Assembly: GCF_009914755.1 (NCBI RefSeq)
Contig: NC_060935.1
Direction: 5' to 3' (one strand)
From: the human T2T-CHM13v2.0 reference genome, Homo sapiens
DNA: 64,000 nt
The first letter of the stretch is position 1, and the number at the start of each line of letters is the position of its first letter. The notes beneath the pieces are model-generated. The model had not been told where the DNA came from, did not search any database, and saw only the letters and a program-made list of their open reading frames with translations. Position numbers and translations under genes: made by a program. Shown piece by piece: positions 28,620-54,421 of this stretch.

Positions 28620-29080
28620 TTAACTCGTTTACTCAGCACATATTTATTATGTATCTACTATGCTAGCTACTGAGATAACAGTGGTAAACATGCATGGTTC
28701 CTGCTCTCATGAGGCTTATAGTCTAGGGATAAAGAAAGTCTTAATAAAATCATCTCACTAAAAATATGTAAATTTTCAGCTGAGACATGCTGTGAAGGTA
28801 GTAAGCATATGGTGTTTGAGAACCTATAACAGTCAGATTGTACCTATCTGGAAGTCCCTGAGGAAGTGATGTTTTTGTAGAGAGCTAATAAATGAGTGGA
28901 CGATAACAGGGCTTAGAGGAGGGAGAATGGTTCCAGCAGAGGAAATAGTGTCTGCAAAGTCCTGGGCAGGAGGTAGGGGACCCACCTAGAGAAACTGAGA
29001 CTACTGTGATGAAAACAGAGCAAAGAGGAGCTTGAATATTAGAGGATAGTAAGTTGGAGAGGAACAGAGAAGATGATGCA
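28620..29080 (-). mobile_element. L2 fragment
   Basis: cagcacatatttatt...tggttcctgctctcatgaggcttatagtctag...gttccagcagaggaaatagtgtctgcaaag. Confidence 0.6.
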
Positions 29081-29479
29081 AAGCACTCAATCTCTCCATG
29101 CCCCAATATCTTCATCTATATAATGGGAATAATAGTAATATCTATATTTAGGGATACTATGAAAATGAAATATTAATATGCATAAAGCACATAGTACCTG
29201 TGTACTTTGTGCTAGCTGTTATCATCCTTTCCCATATCCCACTGACAGCATTCTAGCCATGTTATAATCGGAGATCTTGCTTTATTCTAAACAATATTAT
29301 CAGTTGCTTGAGGTCAGGGATTTTGTCCTATTCATCTTTGGATTGCTTGGGTCTTAAACATAACAATGGCTAAATAAACATTTTCCAAATTATTTTTTTC
29401 TGGAACTTACCATATGCAAGACCTATCTAGGCACAGTGAAGTCTCAAGTTCTTTGAGACTTTTGTGGTTTGAGGATACT

Positions 29480-30150
29480 AATATTTAAAACAATTTCTTA
29501 TCAAAATATACACACAGCAAAAGAAACATAAGTCAAAATTCCGACTTAATATATTTTCACAAACAAATGCATTCTTACAGCCAACTGTCAGATGAAGAAA
29601 CATTATCTGCACTCAGGAAAACTCTTTTATCCTATTTTGGCATTATTCACCTCCAAGGGAAGTCACTATTCTGACTCCAACTTGACTGTTTTGTAGTTTA
29701 TATAGATAGAATAAAACAATATAGACACTTTCCTGTCTAACTTCTTTCACTCAACATTATAGTTGTGAGGTCCATCCACATTGTTGTGTGTAGTCATAGT
29801 TCATTTTTATTGCTGTAGCCTATACTATAATTTATTCGTTCTACTCTTGATGGGCTTTTGGGCAGTGACTAGTCTGTGACTATTATAAATAGTATTGCTT
29901 TCAACATTCCAGAACATGTCATTTGGTGAGTAGATATACGCATTTTTATTGGCTACACACCTAGGAGTGAAATGCTGGGTCATAGGGTATACATATGTTC
30001 AGCTTTAGGAGATATGGCTGAGCTGTTTTCCAAAGAGATTGTACCAATTTATACAGCCCACCAGCAGTCGATGAAAGTTGCAGTTCCTTCACATACTCAT
30101 CAACACTTGGCATTTTCTTTCTTTTTCTATATTAATTATGCTTAAAATGT
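29480..30150 (-). mobile_element. Ancient L1ME fragment
   Basis: cttctttcactcaacattat...catccacattgttg...cctaggagtgaaatgctgggtcataggg...ttgtaccaatttatacagcccaccagcag. Confidence 0.65.
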
Positions 30151-30504
30151 ATATTTGATCAGCTTCTCACCAGGTTGGAATGTAGAAACTGTGGTACATC
30201 TCCATGGCAGGGCAAGCCAGGGCTGTGTCATTAATTCAGATGATTCCCTGCCAGAAATCTTTTATTCAATAATCAGTGATTAAGAGCCTACTCTGTTCTA
30301 GCTGCTGGAGATTCCAGGAGAATAAAGTATGGTCCCAGGTCACGAGCCATCATGGCTCAAGTCAAGAGAAGAGCGATGGAGTTGGATCCTTACATATACA
30401 AACAAGGTGACACAACAATACAGAGAATGGGATTTTCTGACTACCTGGGGGCCACAGAGAAGGCTCACAAAGGAGGGGACATTTGCGATCTGTAGTTCCA
30501 AATG

Positions 30505-30841
30505 TAGTTCATCTGTAGTTCCCATAATCCTCACATGTCATGGGAGGGACCCAGTGGGAGGTAATTGAATCATGGGGGTGGTTACCTCCATGCTGTTACT
30601 CTGATAGTGAGTGAGTTCGCAAGAGATCTGATGGTTTTATCAGGGACTTTCCCCCCAATTCCCTCTGCACCTCTTGCTGCTGCCATGTGAAGAAGGATGT
30701 GTTTGCTTCCCCTTCCACCATGATTGTAAGTTTCCTGAGACCTCCCCAGTTATGCTGAACTGTCAGTCAAACCTCTTTCCTTTATAAATTACCCAGTCTT
30801 GGGTATGTCTTTATTGGCAGTGTGAGAACAGACTAATATAC
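30505..30841 (+). mobile_element. THE1D-like LTR, 5' end missing
   Basis: tgtagttcccataatcc...gggaggtaattgaatcatggggg...ataaattacccagtc...gaacagactaatata. Confidence 0.85.
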
Positions 30842-31165
30842 TGGCTAATTTATAAACCACAGAAATTTATTTCTTACAGTTCTGGAGATTGGGAAGTCCA
30901 ACATCAAGGCACTGGCAGATTTAGGGACTGGTGAGGAACTGTTAACTGGTTCATAGATGGTGCCTTATTTCTGTGTCTTCACATGGTGGAAGGGGTTAGC
31001 TAGTTTTCTGGGGTCTCTTTAATAAGGACACTAATCCCATTGATAAAAGCTCTACTCTCATGATCTAATTACCTCCCAAGGGCTTCACCTCCAATATCAT
31101 GCCATTGGGATTTAGATTTCAATATTTGAATTTTGGGGGGACTCAAGTGTTCAGATTATTGCACT
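30842..31165 (-). mobile_element. MLT1A/MST-like LTR fragment
   Basis: aatttataaaccacagaaatttatttcttacagttctggag...tgaattttggggggac. Confidence 0.75.
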
Positions 31166-31329
31166 CATTTTTTGATACACTCCAGTATTTCAATGTCTCT
31201 GTTCGTGTAGCATCTTGAGTGGAACAAAATACTCAAGGGTTGTCTTTACCAGCTTGAAATAAATTGGGACATCAACATTAAAATTCTGAATACTTAATTT
31301 ATACTAATGCATTTGTATTTCAGTTAGCT

Positions 31330-31731
31330 TTATGTTTTGGCTTGCTGCTTTGTCGTATCCAGCCCATTTCCCTTTCCTCCTGGGCACACAACTAGACCAC
31401 ATTTTCCATGTCTCTTGCAATCAGCTGTGGCCATATGACTGAGCTCTGGCCAATGAAACATGGCCAGAAGTAGTAGGTATCATTTCTGGACAGAAGCAGG
31501 TGGGTGTACCTTTTTCTTTGTCTCTCTCCTCATTTACCAGTTGAATGGGACCACCATAAGGAAGGCCGAGCCACAGTTGGAAAGAGACTGGGCACCTGAA
31601 TGTTGATGTTGAAGGCTGCTGGGCCATGCCACCACACCGGACTGTGTCCTAGGGAGACGTACCCATATTGTGCTAAGTCACAGAGACTGCAAGGTTTAGC
31701 ATACAGCAGCTAGAGTCACTTTAACTAAAAC
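31330..31731 (+). mobile_element. MLT1I/J-like LTR
   Basis: cacattttccatgtctcttgca...ggccatatgactgagctctggccaatg...ttaactaaaaca. Confidence 0.6.
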
Positions 31732-33040
31732 AGGGTAACAGTGGTCTCCCTTGTCTTGATCTTCTCTTCCACTACTTCCCCCAAAGTACTAACAAAAGAT
31801 CCGCAATTACATCTGCAACTTCTCCCAGCACAGTGAGAATTATTCTATCAGGGGAGCCTCAAGGTCACTTAGATGAATTCTGAACTCTCTTATGGTCTTT
31901 TTTGCTCTTGGATCTCTATAGGGTCTAGCTAGTATGACCCTGCTTTTTCCAGTCTGACAACTATTGATTCTTAAGAGAAGAGACAAACTGAGGCAGGATT
32001 GGGGCAGTTCTGCATTCTCTCTCTATTGGCAACACTGCAACATCTGAGAGTTGTTATTTCCTTTGACGACAAAACAGAAAGCATGTGTCCTTCCTCCTGC
32101 TGAGTGGCAAAACAAGATGCCCATCCTACACACTGTCCAGAACAGCAGGTCCTCACAGTCTTCTCAGAAAATCCAGGCCGAATGAGGAGAAAAAGGAAGG
32201 CCAATGCCAGCCAGTTGCATCTTTCATAGAATGAGTTAAGCATTGGCCTAGCATAAGGTACACAGGCAGGCTGACATGGCTGATGGGCTCCTGATGCCAC
32301 ATCATTAGTACTCTGAATGACTCAGATACTGTTATTTTCTGGTAGGTCATGTTGACTTGAGATCTAGAAGAAACACTGGTCCAGAAGTCATAATGCCTGG
32401 GTTTCAATGGATCCAATAATAGCTACCACTTATGGGGTCCTTGCTGTGTTTTAGATCTTCCTGGGCACTTTTTATACATCATGTCAAGTATCTCTTTTGG
32501 AATAAGATATGAATTTCTGTGCCTATAAATTTTATATATATTTCTATTTTACAGGCAATTTTACAGATATCTCCATTTTACAGATAAAGACATTGAGGCT
32601 CTGACTGCTATATGCTCAATAGTATGCTAGTCCCTCCCGGAAATAGATTAGGACTCTGACTTGGATGAGTTTAAAATCTCCTTAAGGAAGTGAGACTTTC
32701 CTGAAGCAATCGGGGAATCACACCCAATAGCATACAAAGTTAGATGGAGATGGAGTGTCCCGGCTGCAGAGAGTGGGAGTGAGAGTCACACCCAGCCTGA
32801 GAGGCCTGGATTGCCAGGTACCAGGGGTCGGGATGGACAGACACCAGGAGCTAAGTGGGAGTACAGCCAGCCTTGAGGTGTATATGGGGAGGCATAGTTG
32901 AAACCAGTCTGGGAGACGGGAGACAGGATATTTGGAGTAAGCTCAGGATGGCCTGTTTTTATTCTGTTTGGCAGCTGGACCAGGACTGTCTTAGAGCAGT
33001 AATTCTTAACCTTGGCAAGACATAAAAGATGCTAAGGAAA

Positions 33041-33424
33041 TTTTTTTTTAAATTATACTTTAAGTTTTACGGTACATGGGCACAACGTGCAGGTTTGTTA
33101 CATATGTATACATGTGCCATGTTGGCGTACTGCACCCATTAACTCATCATTTAACTTTAGGTATATCTCCTAATGCTATCCCTCCCCCAACACCCCACAC
33201 AACAACAGGCCCCAGTGTGTGATGTTCCCCTTTCTGTGTCCACGTGTTCTCATTGTTCAATTCCCACCTATGAGTGAGAACATGCAGTGTTTGCTTTTTT
33301 GTCCTTGCAATAGTTTGCTCAGAATGATGGTTTCCAGCTTCATCCATGTCCCTACAAAGGATATGAACTCATCATTTTTTATGGCTGCATAGTACTCCAT
33401 GGTGTATATGTGCCATATTTTCTT
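33041..33424 (-). mobile_element. 3' end (poly-A, 3'UTR, ORF2 tail) of the host L1PA4/5-like element
   Basis: T run then aattatactttaagtttt...caacgtgcaggtttgttaca...ctcctaatgc...aggcccc; ends at the TSD copy GCCATATTTTCTT (33412-33424). Confidence 0.92.
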
Positions 33425-33640
33425 TTTTTTTTTTTATTATACTTTAAGTTTTAGGGTACATGTGCACGTTGTGCAGGTTAGTTACATATGTATACATGTG
33501 CCATGCTGGTGCACTGCACCCACTAACTCGTCATCTGGCATTACGTATATCTCCCAATGCTATCCCTCCCCCCTGCCCCCACCCCACAACAGTCCCCAGA
33601 GTGTGATATTCCCCTTCCTGTGTCCATGTGATCTCATTGT

Positions 33641-37459
<3,819 letters not shown>

Positions 37460-37522
37460 TATGATGTTAGTCAGTTATTTTGCTCATTAGTTGATGTAGT
37501 TTCTTCCTAGTCTCGATGGTCT

Positions 37523-38539
37523 TTACATTTTGGCATGATTTTGCAGCGGCTGGTACTGATTGTTCCTTTCCATGTTCAGCGCTTCCTTCAGGAGCTCTTT
37601 TAGGGCAGGCCTGGTGGTGACAAAATCTCTCAGCATTTGCTTGTCTGTAAAGGATTTTATTTCTCCTTCACTTATGAAGCTTAGTTTGGCTGGATATGAA
37701 ATTCTGGGTTGAAAATTCTTTTCTTTAAGAATGTTGAATATTGGCCCCCACTCTCTTCTGGCTTGTAGGGTTTCTGCTGAGAGATCTGCTGTTAGTCTGA
37801 TGGGCTTCCCTTTGAGGGTAACCCGACCTTTCTCTCTGGCTGCCCTTAACATTTTTTCCTTCATTTCAACTTTGGTGAATCTGACAATTATGTGTCTTGG
37901 AGTTGCTCTTCTCGAGGAGTATCTTTGTGGCGTTCTCTGTATTTCCTGAATCTGAACATTGGCCTGCCTTGCTAGATTGGGGAAGTTCTCCTGGATAATA
38001 TCCTGCAGAGTGTTTTCCAACTTGGTTCCATTCTCCCCATCACTTTCAGGTACACCAATCAGACGTAGATTTGGTCTTTTCACATAGTCCCATATTTCTT
38101 GGAGGCTTTGCTCGTTTCTTTTTATTCTTTTTTCTCTAAACTTCCCTTCTCGCTTCATTTCATTCATTTCATCTTCCATCGCTGATACCCTTTCTTCCAG
38201 TTGATCGCATCGGCTCCTGAGGCTTCTGCATTCTTCACGTAGTTCTCGAGCCTTGGTTTTCAGCTCCATCAGCTCCTTTAAGCACTTCTCTGTATTGGTT
38301 ATTCTAGTTATACATTCTTCTAAATTTTTTTCAAAGTTTTCAACTTCTTTGCCTTTGGTTTGAATGTCCTCCCGTAGCTCAGAGTAATTTGATCGTCTGA
38401 AGCCTTCTTCTCTCAGCTCGTCAAAGTCATTCTCCATCCAGCTCTGTTCCGTTGCTGGTGAGGAACGGCGTTCCTTTGGAGGAGGAGAAGCGCTCTGTGT
38501 TTTAGAGTTTCCCGTTTTTCTGTTCTGCTTTTTCCCCAT
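37523..38539 (-). CDS. ORF1: L1 ORF1p, intact 338 aa (unit 1)
   Basis: MGKKQNRK...NHAKM; REKG, ARR and YPAKLS motifs intact. Confidence 0.95.
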   Translation of the reverse strand: MGKKQNRKTGNSKTQSASPPPKERRSSPATEQSWMENDFDELREEGFRRSNYSELREDIQTKGKEVENFEKNLEECITRITNTEKCLKELMELKTKARELREECRSLRSRCDQLEERVSAMEDEMNEMKREGKFREKRIKRNEQSLQEIWDYVKRPNLRLIGVPESDGENGTKLENTLQDIIQENFPNLARQANVQIQEIQRTPQRYSSRRATPRHIIVRFTKVEMKEKMLRAAREKGRVTLKGKPIRLTADLSAETLQARREWGPIFNILKEKNFQPRISYPAKLSFISEGEIKSFTDKQMLRDFVTTRPALKELLKEALNMERNNQYQPLQNHAKM

Positions 38540-39429
38540 CTTTGTGGTTTTATCTACCTTTGGTCTTTGATGATGGTGATGTACAGATGGGTTTTTGGTG
38601 TGGATGTCCTTTCTGTTTGTTAGTTTTCCTTCTAACAGAGAGGATCCTCAGCTGCAGGTCTGTTGGAATACCCTGCCATGTGAGGTGTCAGTGTGCCCCT
38701 GCTGGCGGGTGCCTGCCAGTTAGGCTGCTCGGGGGTCAGGGACCCACTTGAGGAGGCAGTCTGCCCGTTTTCAGATCTCCAGCTGCGTGCTGGGAGAACC
38801 ACTGCTCTCTTCAAAGCTGTCAGACAGGGACATTTAAGTATGCAGAGGTTACTGCTGTCTTTTTGTTTGTCTGTGCCCTGTCCCCAGAGGTGGAGCCTAC
38901 AGAGGCAGGCAGGCCTCCTTGAGCTGTGGTGGGCTCCACCCAGTTCGAGCATCGGGGCTGCTTTGTTTACCTAAGCAAGCCTGGGCAATGGCGGGCGCCC
39001 CTCCCCCAGCCTCGCTGCCGCCTTGCAGTTTGATCTCAGACTGCTGTGCTAGCAATCAGCGAGACTCCGTGGGCATAGGACCCTCTGAGCCAGGTGCGGG
39101 ATATAATCTCGTGGTGCACCGTTTTTTAAGCCAGTCTGAAAAGCGCAATATTCGGGTGGGAGTGACCCGATTTTCCAGGTGAGTCCGTCACCCCTTTCTT
39201 TGACTCGGAAAGGGAACTCCCTGACCCCTTGCACTTCCCAAGTGAGGCAATGCCTTGCCCTGCTTCGGCTCGTGCAAACCCACTGACCTGCGCCCACTGT
39301 CTGGCACTCCCTAGTGAGATGAACCCGGTACCTCAGATGGAAATGCAGAAATCACCCATCTTCTGCGTCGCTCACGCTGGGAGCTATAGACCGGAGCTGT
39401 TCCTATTCGGCCATCTTGGCTCCTCCTTC
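38540..39429 (-). promoter_or_regulatory. L1 5'UTR internal promoter and antisense promoter, CpG-rich (unit 1)
   Basis: YY1 motif (gccatctt on +), RUNX3-region motif gtacctcagatggaaatgca and many retained CpGs. Confidence 0.9.
38988..39182 (+). CDS. ORF0: L1 antisense ORF0, 64 aa (C-terminally shortened)
   Basis: MAGAPPPASLPPCSLISDCCASNQRDS...VTRFSR*; splice donors at 39093/94 and 39178/79. Confidence 0.75.
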   Translation: MAGAPPPASLPPCSLISDCCASNQRDSVGIGPSEPGAGYNLVVHRFLSQSEKRNIRVGVTRFSR

Positions 39430-43092
<3,663 letters not shown>

Positions 43093-43155
43093 TATGATGT
43101 TAGTCAGTTATTTTGCTCATTAGTTGATGTAGTTTCTTCCTAGTCTCGATGGTCT

Positions 43156-44172
43156 TTACATTTTGGCATGATTTTGCAGCGGCTGGTACTGATTGTTCCT
43201 TTCCATGTTCAGCGCTTCCTTCAGGAGCTCTTTTAGGGCAGGCCTGGTGGTGACAAAATCTCTCAGCATTTGCTTGTCTGTAAAGGATTTTATTTCTCCT
43301 TCACTTATGAAGCTTAGTTTGGCTGGATATGAAATTCTGGGTTGAAAATTCTTTTCTTTAAGAATGTTGAATATTGGCCCCCACTCTCTTCTGGCTTGTA
43401 GGGTTTCTGCTGAGAGATCTGCTGTTAGTCTGATGGGCTTCCCTTTGAGGGTAACCCGACCTTTCTCTCTGGCTGCCCTTAACATTTTTTCCTTCATTTC
43501 AACTTTGGTGAATCTGACAATTATGTGTCTTGGAGTTGCTCTTCTCGAGGAGTATCTTTGTGGCGTTCTCTGTATTTCCTGAATCTGAACATTGGCCTGC
43601 CTTGCTAGATTGGGGAAGTTCTCCTGGATAATATCCTGCAGAGTGTTTTCCAACTTGGTTCCATTCTCCCCATCACTTTCAGGTACACCAATCAGACGTA
43701 GATTTGGTCTTTTCACATAGTCCCATATTTCTTGGAGGCTTTGCTCGTTTCTTTTTATTCTTTTTTCTCTAAACTTCCCTTCTCGCTTCATTTCATTCAT
43801 TTCATCTTCCATCGCTGATACCCTTTCTTCCAGTTGATCGCATCGGCTCCTGAGGCTTCTGCATTCTTCACGTAGTTCTCGAGCCTTGGTTTTCAGCTCC
43901 ATCAGCTCCTTTAAGCACTTCTCTGTATTGGTTATTCTAGTTATACATTCTTCTAAATTTTTTTCAAAGTTTTCAACTTCTTTGCCTTTGGTTTGAATGT
44001 CCTCCCGTAGCTCAGAGTAATTTGATCGTCTGAAGCCTTCTTCTCTCAGCTCGTCAAAGTCATTCTCCATCCAGCTCTGTTCCGTTGCTGGTGAGGAACG
44101 GCGTTCCTTTGGAGGAGGAGAAGCGCTCTGTGTTTTAGAGTTTCCCGTTTTTCTGTTCTGCTTTTTCCCCAT
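43156..44172 (-). CDS. ORF1: L1 ORF1p, intact 338 aa (unit 2)
   Basis: Protein identical to unit 1. Confidence 0.95.
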   Translation of the reverse strand: MGKKQNRKTGNSKTQSASPPPKERRSSPATEQSWMENDFDELREEGFRRSNYSELREDIQTKGKEVENFEKNLEECITRITNTEKCLKELMELKTKARELREECRSLRSRCDQLEERVSAMEDEMNEMKREGKFREKRIKRNEQSLQEIWDYVKRPNLRLIGVPESDGENGTKLENTLQDIIQENFPNLARQANVQIQEIQRTPQRYSSRRATPRHIIVRFTKVEMKEKMLRAAREKGRVTLKGKPIRLTADLSAETLQARREWGPIFNILKEKNFQPRISYPAKLSFISEGEIKSFTDKQMLRDFVTTRPALKELLKEALNMERNNQYQPLQNHAKM

Positions 44173-45062
44173 CTTTGTGGTTTTATCTACCTTTGGTCTT
44201 TGATGATGGTGATGTACAGATGGGTTTTTGGTGTGGATGTCCTTTCTGTTTGTTAGTTTTCCTTCTAACAGAGAGGATCCTCAGCTGCAGGTCTGTTGGA
44301 ATACCCTGCCATGTGAGGTGTCAGTGTGCCCCTGCTGGCGGGTGCCTGCCAGTTAGGCTGCTCGGGGGTCAGGGACCCACTTGAGGAGGCAGTCTGCCCG
44401 TTTTCAGATCTCCAGCTGCGTGCTGGGAGAACCACTGCTCTCTTCAAAGCTGTCAGACAGGGACATTTAAGTATGCAGAGGTTACTGCTGTCTTTTTGTT
44501 TGTCTGTGCCCTGTCCCCAGAGGTGGAGCCTACAGAGGCAGGCAGGCCTCCTTGAGCTGTGGTGGGCTCCACCCAGTTCGAGCATCGGGGCTGCTTTGTT
44601 TACCTAAGCAAGCCTGGGCAATGGCGGGCGCCCCTCCCCCAGCCTCGCTGCCGCCTTGCAGTTTGATCTCAGACTGCTGTGCTAGCAATCAGCGAGACTC
44701 CGTGGGCATAGGACCCTCTGAGCCAGGTGCGGGATATAATCTCGTGGTGCACCGTTTTTTAAGCCAGTCTGAAAAGCGCAATATTCGGGTGGGAGTGACC
44801 CGATTTTCCAGGTGAGTCCGTCACCCCTTTCTTTGACTCGGAAAGGGAACTCCCTGACCCCTTGCACTTCCCAAGTGAGGCAATGCCTTGCCCTGCTTCG
44901 GCTCGTGCAAACCCACTGACCTGCGCCCACTGTCTGGCACTCCCTAGTGAGATGAACCCGGTACCTCAGATGGAAATGCAGAAATCACCCATCTTCTGCG
45001 TCGCTCACGCTGGGAGCTATAGACCGGAGCTGTTCCTATTCGGCCATCTTGGCTCCTCCTTC
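44173..45062 (-). promoter_or_regulatory. L1 5'UTR (unit 2)
   Basis: Copy of 38540-39429. Confidence 0.9.
44621..44815 (+). CDS. ORF0: L1 ORF0, 64 aa (unit 2)
   Basis: Copy of 38988-39182. Confidence 0.75.
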   Translation: MAGAPPPASLPPCSLISDCCASNQRDSVGIGPSEPGAGYNLVVHRFLSQSEKRNIRVGVTRFSR

Positions 45063-48725
<3,663 letters not shown>

Positions 48726-48788
48726 TATGATGTTAGTCAGTTATTTTGCTCATTAGTTGATGTAGTTTCTTCCTAGTCTCGATGGTCT

Positions 48789-49805
48789 TTACATTTTGGC
48801 ATGATTTTGCAGCGGCTGGTACTGATTGTTCCTTTCCATGTTCAGCGCTTCCTTCAGGAGCTCTTTTAGGGCAGGCCTGGTGGTGACAAAATCTCTCAGC
48901 ATTTGCTTGTCTGTAAAGGATTTTATTTCTCCTTCACTTATGAAGCTTAGTTTGGCTGGATATGAAATTCTGGGTTGAAAATTCTTTTCTTTAAGAATGT
49001 TGAATATTGGCCCCCACTCTCTTCTGGCTTGTAGGGTTTCTGCTGAGAGATCTGCTGTTAGTCTGATGGGCTTCCCTTTGAGGGTAACCCGACCTTTCTC
49101 TCTGGCTGCCCTTAACATTTTTTCCTTCATTTCAACTTTGGTGAATCTGACAATTATGTGTCTTGGAGTTGCTCTTCTCGAGGAGTATCTTTGTGGCGTT
49201 CTCTGTATTTCCTGAATCTGAACATTGGCCTGCCTTGCTAGATTGGGGAAGTTCTCCTGGATAATATCCTGCAGAGTGTTTTCCAACTTGGTTCCATTCT
49301 CCCCATCACTTTCAGGTACACCAATCAGACGTAGATTTGGTCTTTTCACATAGTCCCATATTTCTTGGAGGCTTTGCTCGTTTCTTTTTATTCTTTTTTC
49401 TCTAAACTTCCCTTCTCGCTTCATTTCATTCATTTCATCTTCCATCGCTGATACCCTTTCTTCCAGTTGATCGCATCGGCTCCTGAGGCTTCTGCATTCT
49501 TCACGTAGTTCTCGAGCCTTGGTTTTCAGCTCCATCAGCTCCTTTAAGCACTTCTCTGTATTGGTTATTCTAGTTATACATTCTTCTAAATTTTTTTCAA
49601 AGTTTTCAACTTCTTTGCCTTTGGTTTGAATGTCCTCCCGTAGCTCAGAGTAATTTGATCGTCTGAAGCCTTCTTCTCTCAGCTCGTCAAAGTCATTCTC
49701 CATCCAGCTCTGTTCCATTGCTGGTGAGGAACGGCGTTCCTTTGGAGGAGGAGAAGCGCTCTGTGTTTTAGAGTTTCCCGTTTTTCTGTTCTGCTTTTTC
49801 CCCAT
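48789..49805 (-). CDS. ORF1: L1 ORF1p, intact 338 aa with T30M (unit 3)
   Basis: ORF track; SPAMEQ instead of SPATEQ (49717). Confidence 0.95.
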   Translation of the reverse strand: MGKKQNRKTGNSKTQSASPPPKERRSSPAMEQSWMENDFDELREEGFRRSNYSELREDIQTKGKEVENFEKNLEECITRITNTEKCLKELMELKTKARELREECRSLRSRCDQLEERVSAMEDEMNEMKREGKFREKRIKRNEQSLQEIWDYVKRPNLRLIGVPESDGENGTKLENTLQDIIQENFPNLARQANVQIQEIQRTPQRYSSRRATPRHIIVRFTKVEMKEKMLRAAREKGRVTLKGKPIRLTADLSAETLQARREWGPIFNILKEKNFQPRISYPAKLSFISEGEIKSFTDKQMLRDFVTTRPALKELLKEALNMERNNQYQPLQNHAKM

Positions 49806-50695
49806 CTTTGTGGTTTTATCTACCTTTGGTCTTTGATGATGGTGATGTACAGATGGGTTTTTGGTGTGGATGTCCTTTCTGTTTGTTAGTTTTCCTTCTA
49901 ACAGAGAGGATCCTCAGCTGCAGGTCTGTTGGAATACCCTGCCATGTGAGGTGTCAGTGTGCCCCTGCTGGCGGGTGCCTGCCAGTTAGGCTGCTCGGGG
50001 GTCAGGGACCCACTTGAGGAGGCAGTCTGCCCGTTTTCAGATCTCCAGCTGCGTGCTGGGAGAACCACTGCTCTCTTCAAAGCTGTCAGACAGGGACATT
50101 TAAGTATGCAGAGGTTACTGCTGTCTTTTTGTTTGTCTGTGCCCTGTCCCCAGAGGTGGAGCCTACAGAGGCAGGCAGGCCTCCTTGAGCTGTGGTGGGC
50201 TCCACCCAGTTCGAGCATCGGGGCTGCTTTGTTTACCTAAGCAAGCCTGGGCAATGGCGGGCGCCCCTCCCCCAGCCTCGCTGCCGCCTTGCAGTTTGAT
50301 CTCAGACTGCTGTGCTAGCAATCAGCGAGACTCCGTGGGCATAGGACCCTCTGAGCCAGGTGCGGGATATAATCTCGTGGTGCACCGTTTTTTAAGCCAG
50401 TCTGAAAAGCGCAATATTCGGGTGGGAGTGACCCGATTTTCCAGGTGAGTCCGTCACCCCTTTCTTTGACTCGGAAAGGGAACTCCCTGACCCCTTGCAC
50501 TTCCCAAGTGAGGCAATGCCTTGCCCTGCTTCGGCTCGTGCAAACCCACTGACCTGCGCCCACTGTCTGGCACTCCCTAGTGAGATGAACCCGGTACCTC
50601 AGATGGAAATGCAGAAATCACCCATCTTCTGCGTCGCTCACGCTGGGAGCTATAGACCGGAGCTGTTCCTATTCGGCCATCTTGGCTCCTCCTTC
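49806..50695 (-). promoter_or_regulatory. L1 5'UTR (unit 3)
   Basis: Copy of 38540-39429. Confidence 0.9.
50254..50448 (+). CDS. ORF0: L1 ORF0, 64 aa (unit 3)
   Basis: Copy of 38988-39182. Confidence 0.75.
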   Translation: MAGAPPPASLPPCSLISDCCASNQRDSVGIGPSEPGAGYNLVVHRFLSQSEKRNIRVGVTRFSR

Positions 50696-54358
<3,663 letters not shown>

Positions 54359-54421
54359 TATGATGTTAGTCAGTTATTTTGCTCATTAGTTGATGTAGTT
54401 TCTTCCTAGTCTCGATGGTCT

